This document shows positions 21,901-34,100 of a DNA stretch of 64,000 nucleotides, piece by piece (position 1 is the first letter of the stretch; the number at the start of each line of letters is the position of its first letter). Source of the stretch: Perkinsus chesapeaki ATCC PRA-425 (Eukaryota > Protista > Perkinsozoa); assembly GCA_013115145.1 (NCBI GenBank), contig JAAPAO010000022.1:67444-131443 (forward strand), read 5' to 3'. Made by a program: the position numbers and the translations under genes. The notes beneath the pieces were generated by a model. It searched no databases. It saw only the letters and a list, made by a program, of their open reading frames with translations, and was not told where the DNA came from.

Positions 21901-24900
21901 ACCCTAGCGGCCTCTACTTCCTCCGAGAATGCTCTCTCTGGGGCCCTTAGAGTAGTGCCATAATCTCTAAAGGCATCGTAGGGAATCATCGTTCCCAGCG
22001 CCAAGCTACCAATGGAATAAGGGGATGGAATCCGGGCCTCCGGAACGACCTACGAATCAAAGACAATTCTAGGTTTGTCCTTCGTCCCACCTCCTCTGAG
22101 CCGAGTTGGATGAAGGCCTCAGGCACGCCATCCTCGTCCTCGTGCTCCTCGATAACGCCTTCCGGCAACACTTGCTCATCATCGGCAGTATCTTCACGTT
22201 GACCGTGCTTCCCGTCGGCAGCATCCTCAGGTTGACCGTGCTCCTCGTGAGAAGCATCCTCAGGTTGACCGTGCTTCCCGTCGGAAGCATCCTCAGGTTG
22301 ACCGTGCTCCTCGTGAGAAGCATCCTCAGGATGACCGTGCTCCTCGTCCTCTATAACACCGTCAGCTTCGGGCTCTACGGTCTTTACTAAAGGCTCTTCC
22401 AACAGGCCCGTATCGTTGTCGAGAGACATCGGCCGCCAGCTAAGCCTGGGCCTTCGACCGTATCCGAGGAGGACCTCAGTGGCGATGAGATCGGCCATTT
22501 CAGTGCCCCCTCCAATCGCCCGAAGGATGCTGTAGTCTGCATCTGTCGGCCGACCTGATGCACACATCACGAACTTCCACACCGTGATCTTCAAACCATT
22601 CCCAAGAGTATCCAAGGCTCTGTCGATGACTCTCATGTAGGTGGGTGGCAACTCGGTAAGCCTCTTTTGCGCCGCGGCAATGAAGGGTCCTCCGGGTATT
22701 GGGAAAGGCCCATCTTCGAACGCTTCAGTAAGCCTGATCAGTACGGGGAATCCACTGCTCAGCTGGTACTATCCAGCCCACCACAGTGCAAAGCGCTTCA
22801 CCACTATAGGCGCTCTGTTGATGATAACCATTCTCTGCCACTCGTACCGAGACAGATAACCATCGCGGTTGGTGTCAAGGTAGTGGAAGAGCTGACCAGA
22901 GAAGGCTTCAAGTGGACGCCGGGAGGATTCGAGACCCACCGCGCGCCCGGACAAGGTGCTCCAACCAATCTCATCAATAGAGAGTTCGAAGCTTCTAAAG
23001 TTGTCCAGTTGCGAGAATCTGCTCTCGAGAGCGAGCGAGTCAGAAACGAGCCGAGGGAAGTCATCCCGCTCGTCCATGGAGTCGAGCAACCTGACGCAGC
23101 CGACGGTCGAAAGTGGCAGTAGCCGAAATGGCGCACTCCCCCTTGGCAACCGTTTGGAAAATGTCATCGATCTCGTGGACCTTTATGTGCTCTGGATCAG
23201 CCTCGGTGGCGAAGAAGGAAAACGACTGGGGCAAATAGTAACAGACGGGCCGCTGTGTGAGGTGGTGATACTTTGTCTGTGAAGACGAAGGCCGGGGCTC
23301 TGATGGTATTCCCAAACTTGGTCCATTCGGTGAGGTTGACAAGCCCATCGTTGTTCTCATCCATCAAAGTATATATATCCCCCGGAGCATCCCGGAACAA
23401 CTGAATAATAACTTCGGCGTGTGTAGTGGACAAGATGGACACCTTGATCAGGGCCAGCTTGGCCGGTGCTCTCATTATCATCAACCAGGCATCTAGAGCC
23501 GAGCTCAAACCCTCACGGATGGGCTCGGAGGTGTCCAAAACTACATAAGATTATTGATGAGAAATCGGAGACCTCTTACGGCCACGAAGATGCTCCACTC
23601 CATCCTGGAGACGATGAAAGGCAGTGAAGTCGATGTCATCACCGAGTAGACCCTCTCGTACAAAGGCGCCAAAAACCACCCTGTCGTGCATGGGTGCTTC
23701 AACCTCGTAAACCTGGAACGACGAAGGATTGAACTGGTCAACACTGAAGGGGAGGGATACCTCCTCCATAAAAGAGCGTATCTCCTCTACTTTATGAATC
23801 GTTGAGTTATCAACCCACTGCATGAGCCCACCCAGGCACTCTCCAGGGGGTATCTGACACCTCTAGCTGTACCACTGTGGCCTGTGCCTGCTTACGAAGC
23901 CTCTCATGCCTATAATGAACTCAGCATCTGAAGGCGTCGGCTCTCGCCCCTTGAATTCGTTTGCCTCGTAACTGTCCTCATCCCGGTGGCCGCCCCTCCC
24001 TCAACGGCTTACATCTCATGTAGCGTCTGTTGTCTTAAGGCATGCGAGTAGCTCCCCAGCGACAGTCCATCGCTGCCGCCGGCGTCAAGGGAAGTTTCGT
24101 GGCTGAACAACACCATGACCAACCTTCCGTACAGCGTCTTCTTGCCTGAGCCGGAAGGTAGCAGCAACCTTGAGAGATGCTGCCCCTCCACGCCGTGTAT
24201 GCGACAGGGCCGGGGACATTGGTATGACAACTCTATCTGGTGGATGTGGCGCTGGTGGACTGTAGACCAGTCGTGGAGCGAAGGGGTGTATGTTGAACAA
24301 TGGGTCATAGTACGGCCTGAGGTGCGGTATCTGTGAGATGGCACGATCGGCTCACCCTGTCGGAGCCGTAGTGTTGGTACAGTTCAAGCAGTTAGTTATA
24401 ACATCACTGCCATCCCTCAGTCTGTAGATGTGTCTCCTCGATGGCAGCACCCTCGGCCCTGGTTCAGCCTGGGGTGCCCCATGTGGAGGATCAAGCCTGT
24501 CAGCCGCTGCGGCTTCACTTCCAAGAGTGTTGCCAAGTTTCTCAGGCGCCAGTGTCGTTGTTGTTGTTACTTCTTCCTCTATCTCAGCGTCTGGTAGATT
24601 GTCGTTGACCTCCTCCTCAGGCTCCCCCTCCGGCAGAGTTTCATTGACATCTTCCACCACACCATCCTCCGCTTCTCCCTTGGGAACTCCGTCATCATCC
24701 TCGGCAACTCCGTCCTCACTCGCATCCTGGACCTCACCGGCCTCATTCTCAGCCTCGGCGGCCCCGTCCTCTTCCTCAGCCACACCATCCTCAAGACCAG
24801 GGCCAAAGTCCGGCTCAGGAGGCTCTACCTCGACGACTGGGTCAAACTCATCCTCAACTGGGAACCCATCTGACTCTATCTCAGCATCAGTAATAGGATT

Positions 24901-25897
24901 GAGGTCCGGTCCGAATGGTCCGACTGGCCCCTGCGATGGTGGGACGGTTTTCCTCTCTGTAGATGTGGGTCTGGGGGTGGTAGGAGTGGCAGTAGTCATG
25001 GGAGTTGCGGTAGTCTTAGGCTTCGTCGTCTCCTCTACTATGGTCTCTTCGTAGTCATCAATCTTTGGCGGCTTCGGAATCGGTTTGCTAATTCCCTTAG
25101 ACGCCGCCCTCTTGGTCGGCTCAGGTGTGGTGGCCTGCGGAGTGACCATCGACGAGTCCGGTAGGATATCAGGAACTATGTCATCGCTGACCACAGGATT
25201 CAGATGAGATGGCAGCCGAGCCAGGTCGCCCAAGGTGTCATCATCATCATCAAAGTTGTAGGCCAGCTCATCGTCCTTGGCCGCCGCCGGTCCGAACATC
25301 TCGTCTGGCCCTTGTTCCTCGGGAGCTCCTTCGTCCGTCTGCCCGGCGTCAAGTCCGGGCCCAAAGTCCCCCGGAGGCCCTGGATCTTCTAGGACACCGT
25401 CCTCCATCTGATCATGGTAGTCTGCGGCATCTATTTCTTCATCTGTCGGTGACTCTGCGACGCCCTCCTCGGTTTGGCCAGGATCCAAGTGGTCACCCGA
25501 ACTCGCTACATCCTCAGTAGGATCGAAGTCGTATGTTCGTGAAGGGCCAATAAGTCCTTTATTGATCTGCTCCAAATCCCCTTTGTGATCATCGATATCC
25601 TCTGGTCCTTCCTGTACACCATCCTCAGACTGGCCTGGGTCGTCGAAGGTCCCCTCTTCTGGCCCTTCCGCGGTATCATCCTCAGGCCCTTCTGGTACGC
25701 CCTCCTCAGACTGGCCAGGGTCATCAAAGTCCTTCTCCTCCGGTCCTTCGTCATCCTCAGGCCCTTCTGGTACGCCCTCCTCAGACTGGCCAGGGTCATC
25801 AACGTCTCCGTGCTGAGGCCCTATGTTACCACCCATCGCAGCAACTTGTTCATCGTATGGTAGTTCCGCCTCACCAATATGGTTGACCTGCTCATGC

Positions 25898-25931
<34 letters not shown>

Positions 25932-27969
25932 CAATAACACCATCCCTGCTCCCGTCATCGATATCATCCTCCACAGCCTCCTCAGGCACACCCTCTCGCC
26001 CCTCGATCTCATCCGTTATAGACTCCTCTGGTCTCTCCCCCTCCTCCTCTTCATCGACCCTCTCGACCTTCTCGTCTTTGTACTCGCCAAACCTAGTCCT
26101 CGGAGGCCGCCGCCCTAGTAGCTTCTGTAGTGGATGAAGAAGCTGTGGTGAGGTGCCAGACTTCTTCCGCACCGTGGTGATCGCCGTAGTGGTCCCTCCC
26201 ATGCCATCATAATAGGAGCTGATCATCCTTAACAACAACTCGCTCTGGGCCTCCTCCCTGCCCCACTCCTCCGCTATGGAGGCTGGTGCCATGAAAGGTA
26301 AGTTGCTATGGTCAAGGTGCGAACAGTAGGAGTACAGCGCCTAAGCCCAGACGCCCGTCTGACCACCGACGCCCGACGGTCTCTTACCCGCTTCGCTCTG
26401 TGGGCCAGGCCGCTCATTATCCTTATGTCGTGCACGCGTATCAAAGATTCTACCCCAGATTGCGACAGTCTCACCTGCAACCGCCGAAGATCGTCCAGAA
26501 CATCCAGATGGGCCCTTGCCCCGCCCCAAGCCGCATCGGCGTAGGCCGTGAACCTGATGCCTAGGTCACAATGTTACCCACGAGGAGGGGACAGCTTACC
26601 CTATATGGGGGCCAGGGACCTCATGAGCCAGAAGTATGCCTTCATTGTGGGAGCTTACTAACACATCATCACCAGTGATGCCTGAGCTCGCCACAAATGG
26701 GGACAAGGCACATGAAAGCCAGCCTTTTACCGTGCTTGAGCACTCTGTTGGAGATGTCACTAACTGGTCCTTCGAGGATTTGAGTAACCTGATTGAACGG
26801 TAGCTCTGACATCTTCCTACATAAGGTCGTACCAAATCGCGAAACCCTGGGGCTTTGTCCCAGTTAGTAATCTCAATGTCACCCTCGACCTCCAGTGGCG
26901 ACGAGTCCAACGACGACCCTCGGTACACCTCAACCTCGAAGGGATTCCCCACAAAGGCACCACCCATCAGTTTCGACAAAGCATTCTGGCAGCACCAGGT
27001 CCGATAGAGACAAGACATTGCAGAGGCCCACATGTATTGCCCAGCTGGCTGCATTAGCCGCTGCAGCATGGTCGATATTATTGGACTGCCCATGGCTCAT
27101 CGAGTCTGCCTGAGACCATTACTCACCATGAGATGGCGCCGGTGGGACTTTACAGAAAAAACAAACTTATTATTGTCCTTCTCGGACTCGTAAACGACAG
27201 CATAATCCCTGTCGAAGCCAGCAGCGTCGACAAGAGCACGCAATCTGGATCAAAGGCATGGTGGCGATAGGTCGATGCATGGCAGCTTCTACATGGTGGA
27301 CTTAACTATCTTTGACGACGGCCAGCTGTATCCTGCGACTTCGTGGACCTTGACCTCACCAATGATGGCGGCCTGTTGGGCGATATGATCTCAAAGGCTG
27401 TGATTTACCCACCGAGGATGTCCGCCGTTTAACTGGCATCGCTCTGAGGGCCGGATTAGGGGCCAGAGCAAAGGAGTTAACGAGCTGGATGAAGCTGGCT
27501 GGCTGCAGGTCCTCTAGAAGGACGTTGCACTATAAGATGGGGATAGGCCACAATACAGGCATTGACAGGACCCACCCCACACTGTGGATAGGCGGCCATA
27601 TCGTAGCGGTAGTCACCACAGACACTCGAAGCTGCCTGGACTATCTGATGAAAGGATGGGATTGGCTGGTAAGGCAGGTGCCCAGCTAACCTCAATGAGA
27701 TGGGGAAGGTCAGTGCCACCAGCCTCGAAGTAACGGCTAAATGGTAGGCAGACAGACTCCTCCATATCAGATATACATCGGCCATGGTCCCCCAAGGCCG
27801 CCACCGCCGGGACCATCCATGACAGCATGACCCTGGAGTGGAGGACCATGTCGAATAGGATGCTACGGAATAGGTCCGCCCACCGTGGCTGCAAAGTATT
27901 TCGCAGTGAGACCAAGTGCCTACCAACAGCATTCCGTGAGGAAATACGTAGAGTGGTGAAACACTTCAT
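12975..27969 (-). CDS. Giant multi-exon EF-hand repeat protein, paralogue Y (at least 20 EF-hand-like loops); start uncertain
   Basis: Canonical loops include DENNDGLVNLTE, DTNRDGYLSRYE, DKNGDGKISWDE, DTNRNGVLSMDE, DLDGDGSLSTAE, DADGSGKLSRTE, DADKNGVLSPKE, DNNKDGRIDRSD, DKNSDGVIDTVE and DTDNDGVLTPTE. It is colinear exon by exon with 28174-42305 and ends in EIPWQLWRLAIWRHLT...DIH*. Confidence 0.8.
22186..22350 (-). repeat. Coding 33-bp tandem repeat, about 5 copies of (H/D)(E/G)(E/K)HGQPEDAS
   Basis: Visible in the 21986-22651 ORF and as gttgaccgtgct repeats in the DNA. Confidence 0.9.
25595..25805 (-). repeat. Coding repeat, 3 copies of DDPGQSEEGVPEGPED, within the acidic exon 24352-26292
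   Basis: Near-identical cctcagactggcc(a/t)gggtc blocks. Confidence 0.9.
25898..25929 (-). repeat. (GAT)n microsatellite encoding poly-Asp
   Basis: Run of tca repeats on the plus strand. Confidence 0.95.
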
Positions 27970-28173
27970 TTGCTCGTCATTTCCCGAGATTGACTGTTAA
28001 CTTGAACACTGGAAGTGAACCGTCTATTGTAGGTTAATAATCATACAACAGCAGCAGTAGCATTGGACAACATGCGCTGGCCCATTCGGGCAGCAACCCT
28101 CACATCGGTGATAGCTGGAAAGAAGCGGCATTGGTGATACTAATTAATATCCATCAATGTCCGAAGGAACGCG

Positions 28174-31100
28174 TCATCCTAAACAACAGCTTCCACTAGG
28201 CTCGAACGAGCTAAGACCCACCTCGGGGCCCAACGGGGCATGGGACCTCCTACTAACATGTGGAGGAGGGTGAGGCAGTCGTCTCCTAGCATGGGCAGTA
28301 TGATGGTAGTCTTCCTTGTCTCTAGCAGCGAACGGCGATCGACCCTCCAGCTGGTTGACAGTCTGAAACAGGCTACTATGGACAGCAGGGAGCGCTGCCG
28401 ACTGACATGCTCATTTGTGAGATGTCGCCAGACTATCAGCCTCCACAGGGCCCATGGCACCTCCACAGTATCATCGGGGAGATCTATCTCGAAGGCCTAA
28501 TCATGATGAATCTTAAGGTGGAGTGTAATGCCCTGTTTACATCGTGGATCTCCAACGCCAGCTCACTAGGCGTGCAGTCACCTGCCTTGGCAGAGTCAAT
28601 AAGACACTTCAGCGATACAGCCCCTGCCGGGCCCTTCACTTTCTACAGTCGTAGCGATAGACAGTCTACCAGAGAGGAAGCCCACCTTGAACACAGTAAG
28701 GGCGGTGAAGTCTGATATAAAGCGGAGGAAGCCATAGTCGGCAAAAAGCATTCTCATCAGCTCGAACTCCTTCGTTTCGGCCTGCCAATGACCAGCATAT
28801 CACCGACCAGAGAGAGTCGGCTCACATCAGAGAGCTCCCCATCATTATTGGTATCCAAGAACTGGAAGGCAAAGCGTGCCGACTCCACATAGGGGGACTG
28901 TACAGCACCGATACGGCCCTACACAACAGGCAGATGGGCAGCAGCAGCAACCAGGTAAGAGGTGTACCATAAAGCCTGTGAGAGTCCTATCGTTCTCGGT
29001 CAGTGTGACCTCTTGAAGTAAAGATTGGCCGGAGCCGACGCCGGTGTTGACAATTTCAAAGCCGAAGAACAGCTCCCGATAAAGCAGCTCTCTAAGTGCC
29101 CTCCCACCGCCGACCACCCTCAGTAGGCTGATCTCCGGCTCAGATAGAACGCCTAAGGCGAGGACCTCCCCAGTGGGGCAGACAACCGGGAATGGCCTAC
29201 CGTCCCCATCGAAATCGAGGTGCTTTTCAATGAGATGGACTTCATCAGGAAGGTAGCTCTCTATTGCGCTCCGGTATTTTTTCGCGTACTCAGCAGCTGA
29301 CATTTTAACCTCAGGAGATATCCCCAGGGCTAGAGCTCGCATGTGCGGTCGCGCTTGGGCAACAAGATACCCCCAATGCTGCCACTCTGGCCGACCGATG
29401 CTCCCGCTGCGATCCAAGTCCAGCAGGGTGAACAACTGAAAATGAAGAAAAATACCCAAACCAGGGATCGAACCGGCGTAATAAAAAAGAGACAAATCTT
29501 GTGCTCTTGCTAATTTCATACCACATTTCCTTCGCATCGCGCCATAATAATGCCCTACCGTGACATACTATTATCGGTGTGATAGATACCTTCTGGTTCT
29601 ATCATTTCATATGATGAGTTCCTTTAACTGACCTCCCCTTTGGAGATGCCGTGGATCGGCCTACTTACCTTGTTACGCTTTGGCCCTGATTTACCAACAC
29701 CCACAACACTTACCATCGTTCCCGCAATGGAATCCTTCCACTCCTTCTCAGTCAATTCCTCCTTTGTTAACAAACCGTCGCCGTTAACGTCGATGGCATC
29801 AAACCTTGCCGCCATGCTTATCGATCCTAGCGATGCCGCCAAGTCGTAGAGATATCTATTGTGATGAGATAGCTGTAATCGAAACAAGTCTATCAGCCGC
29901 ACCCTCCCTTTCTGGCTGTCATATAAGCCTCTAATATGTCTCTGGGCAGAGTCTCGCCAATCGGGAAGAGTAGAGCCCCAAAGGACTGTAAAAGGCGCTG
30001 TGTCGGGCTAAAGGTATCTATACTGACCTTAGCCTTAAACCAGTCTCCGGTGGTCTCTGCATGCCGGCCAACCTCCTCAAATGTGGCCTCATCCATCTCA
30101 TCAGCACCAGGCTTAAGCACTGTAGAGATATCCCGTGGGAAGTCGAAGGAGCTTGGCAGGAATCCAGCAAGCCTTGACCGAGCCGCTGCCACACGAAGGT
30201 ATCCAATATTCCTCATGCCGCCTGTACATAATAATAACAGTCGATTCTTGATGATGATGATGCTCTTGTCCTACCAGCCTCGTCGCCGAGGAACATCATA
30301 GCTTCCTCTCGCGCTCCCGGGAACTTCTTCGCCTCATCCGTGTAAAGCTGCTCGAATACTTCCTCCGACATATCTCTCGGGACATCGCCCATACTGACAA
30401 GCTTTGCCATCAAATCCGCTCACGCTTGAGGACGGGTAGCTTACCTTCCCAGGACGACTTGGACGGCCGGGGGCAGCAGGTCTGCTTCAACCAGGACAAG
30501 CCTCTGCCAGTTACGGCGGGATATTGAACTCTTGTTGAAGCCGTCCGCGATGAAGTTGAAAAGGTCATTTACAGCACCCTACAGTGGAAGCAACTTCATT
30601 CTTCTGGACATCACTTGGGAGAATACTCTTCTCGAGAGGCATTCCTAGTGCGGCGAGACGGTTGGATTCATGCAGGGCAAAGTTTGATGCCTTCCGCCAA
30701 GAATATTCCACCTTACCCCGCGACCACCAGGCCTTACGCATTCCTCCTCAGAGGTGCTGTCAGACTTGCAGTCACCACAGCCCAGCTCCTTCACTGTTAT
30801 CTTCCCATCATGATCCTGGTCCAAATCCGAGAACCTCATGTCCATCTTTATCGAGTCGAGGATGTGGAAGACGCGAGCAAGATTTCTGAGGCGAATCTTC
30901 ACTCCCACCACGAGACCTATCCCCACCTGACATCCTTGAAGCTCCTGTAAAGGTCATCATATCGGCGCATCTCCAGCGATGTTGCGTCCTTGCCGGCCAA
31001 GGCCTCGAATGCCTGATCGACGAGATGGAAAAGGCCAAGGGGAATGAAGTCAAACTGACCTCCTTATCATACGCTTGCGTCGCGTCCAACCGAGTGCCGA

Positions 31101-34100
31101 TCGCCAAGAGATCCTCTTCTGAGATGTCGTCACTGAGCGAGTGGCCGATGACCTTCTCGAAGCTCTCCGACGGGTATTCCTACGAATGCAGTACAGCCAG
31201 CAGCACCCCAAGTATTCACCCCTTACGTGCATCGATATGCTCCATGTGTTATTCTCCCTACTCTGTGGGCCACCCTGCAGGTCCGGACTATACTCGTCGT
31301 CCTTCTCATCCCAGTCCTCCGTAACAAGTTCCTCATCCTGTGTTGCATCCCTGGCTGAGTCATCCACAGACTTCATATCTCCATCATTCATCTCCTCATG
31401 TATATCCCCCTCATCAGGCCAGCTGTCATCTCCATGCGGTCGAACATCTCGGGTAGTAGAAGTCTCCTCGGCCTCCGAAGCCTCCCCGTATCCGCCATCT
31501 TGGCCTTCCTCCTTCATTTGCTCATCATCTCGCTTCTTCCTAGAGTGCTTCCTATCATGCTCCTTCTCCTCCTCAATAGTCTCTCCATACTTTGGCATCC
31601 TGTCCTTCCCAGTATCCTTCATGTCCATAGTGTCTCCATATTGTTCCTCGTCATGCATATCTCTCACGGCAGTAGTAGCATCTCTATATTGGTTCCTCTC
31701 TCCATCTTCTCTCTCTATAGTCTCCCTATACTGCTCATCCTCCCCTCCATCTTCTCTCTCTATAGTCTCCCTATACCCTTCATCCTTCGACTCCTCCTCC
31801 CCCCTGTACCGTTGGTGCTCAGTTCCCTTCTGCCCGGCCCCTCCGTGTCGGTGCCCCCTATCCTTAGTGCCCCTGTACCCTTCATCCTCGTGCATTTCCC
31901 CCACCTCTTTGCTAGCGGTATCCTGATATCCGTTCCCCTGTCCTCGTTCTCTTTCTATTGTCTCTGTATAATCTTCATGCTGCTCCGGTTCCTCCTCCTT
32001 CGTATGGTCCTTCCCTTCCCCCTTCTTCCTCATCGTCTCATATCCTCCCCCACCGCTCGCCAACGACCCCTCGTGTCCTTCAACAAGACCAACTTCTCTT
32101 CTCCCCTCCTCCGACATAACCTCCCTATGTATCTCAGTCGCCCCAATAATATCCGATGCCTGCGAGGCCACACTTCCCTCTGGCGCCTTACCCGAGGCCA
32201 TCCCGTCGACCTCCTTTGCAGCCGCTGCCTCCTCCTTGTGCTTCTTCGTCTTCTTTTTCTTTGAATGTTTCTTCTTTTTCCCCTCATGATCGAACTTTCG
32301 GACCTGCTGCATCGTCAGACCCTAAAAATAACGAATACCGACGGCGGAGCGACGCAGAGCCTCTCACCCCTCCGCCTCCGCTAAACTTGTCAGCAGTGCC
32401 GTTACCATCACCGCCTCGAGTTTGATAAACCTGCCGAGGGAAATATTCTCTGAGAAGTGCGCGAGGAGATGCAAGTATTACCGAGTCGACCTCGAGGAAG
32501 GCTGGCTCGAGTCGTTCAACCGTCGGCATCTGCAATATGCTTGTCACAGTATGGTTACTTTTCCCCCTCACCTTTCGAACCGTCTCCAGGAAGCTGCTCC
32601 CAGCAGCGCTGGTGATGGCCGAGAAGCCATGGTGGAGGAGACCTTCATAGACCAACATTAACTCCGCGTGATGGATGGCTCGGAGACTGAGAATCTCCTC
32701 ATCGCTCAACTTGCCTACGAAAGTACCATGTTGCCATCTCAAGTAGTATCATCAAAATTCTCAGTTTCAAAAAATTTTCCCCATAATTTTATTAAATTTT
32801 CCCCATAATTTTACTAAATTTCCCCCATAAATTTTACTAAATTTTCCCCATAATTTTACTAAATTTTCCCCATAATTTTACTAAATTTTCCCCATAATTT
32901 TACTAAATTTTCCCCATAATTTTACTAAATTTTCCCCATAACTTTACTAAATTTTCCTCGTTGTTTTCTTAACCCCCCCTAACTGCTATCGAAACCTAAC
33001 CGTCCAGTAGCCAAGGCTTCACCGCTCCAATCCCGCCGACGTCTTCTGCTCACCATCATTGTCCAAATCCAAGGCATGACGAATAGTTGCCTTTGTCCTC
33101 TCAGATTTGATCCTTTCCATTACGACATTGAACTCCTTAACGAACTTAGATGGGCTGGAATCCTCCCGAGGGATACTACCGAGAAAGCTACCCGACATAG
33201 GCATATGATGCTCACCTCAACGCCAGCAGCTTCACAGACGCCGGCACAGTAAAGAGGTAAGAGAATCTTTGAAGGTCTTTCCTAGTAATTCCTAGTCCAC
33301 CTTCACCGACCACATCCAACACCTACAGTGCAGATGAGTGGATTCACACGCTTTGCAGTCCCCACTGTGTTGAGTCTGACCATCGGGAAACTGCCGAGCC
33401 ATTGGCCAAGCTCGTCCCCGGTCAGATGACCATCATTGTTCTTGTCGAAGTTAGAAAAGAAGGCATCGGTATTAACCGCCGAGAACACCGCAAGAAGCCT
33501 CTTCAACCGCCTGAGTCACGCGCCACAAAATTCTACAATAACTTCGCCAGCCAGTGCCGGCTGCTCACCTGTGCTTAACTGCGTTCATCCAAGCCTCCAC
33601 CGATGCCTTCGGTATTTGGCCGTTCCAGAAGAGTGCTAGGGATTGGAAGCTCTGACAACACATGCTAGCTCCTCTTACTTCTACTGGTAGTAGTAGTAGC
33701 TTATCATTCGATATGAGGATAGGGCATATACTGTATGTTTCTGTGCGTGCCAGCTTCGACTTCTACGACATTGCAGTGTGATTATTTTACTCTCCTCGAT
33801 GCGCTTTAATTATTCCGTGGATTAGCACCTTCGGATTCTAAGCGCGGAAGAGATGCACCAAAAATGCGCATGAAACGTCCCCAGTGGCAAAGTATTCCAT
33901 CTCCTTTCTAGATACATAGCCTCCATCAACATTCACTCTACTCTCCCACTCGGAATCTTGGCTGTAATCTTCAAAGGTAATAATTGTGTGTTTTGATATT
34001 AGTCACTCGACAAACAAGTGCGAGTCTTCGAACGGGCGCGCCCATCAATCCCCCGCTTTTTCTAGTAGTTGATGAGTACCCACCATACCCATGCGGCTCA

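Noticed and set aside
20085-27120. Ultra-short (14-18 nt) introns in gene Y
   Set aside because: Alternative splice sites fit equally well, so they cannot be supported without cDNA.
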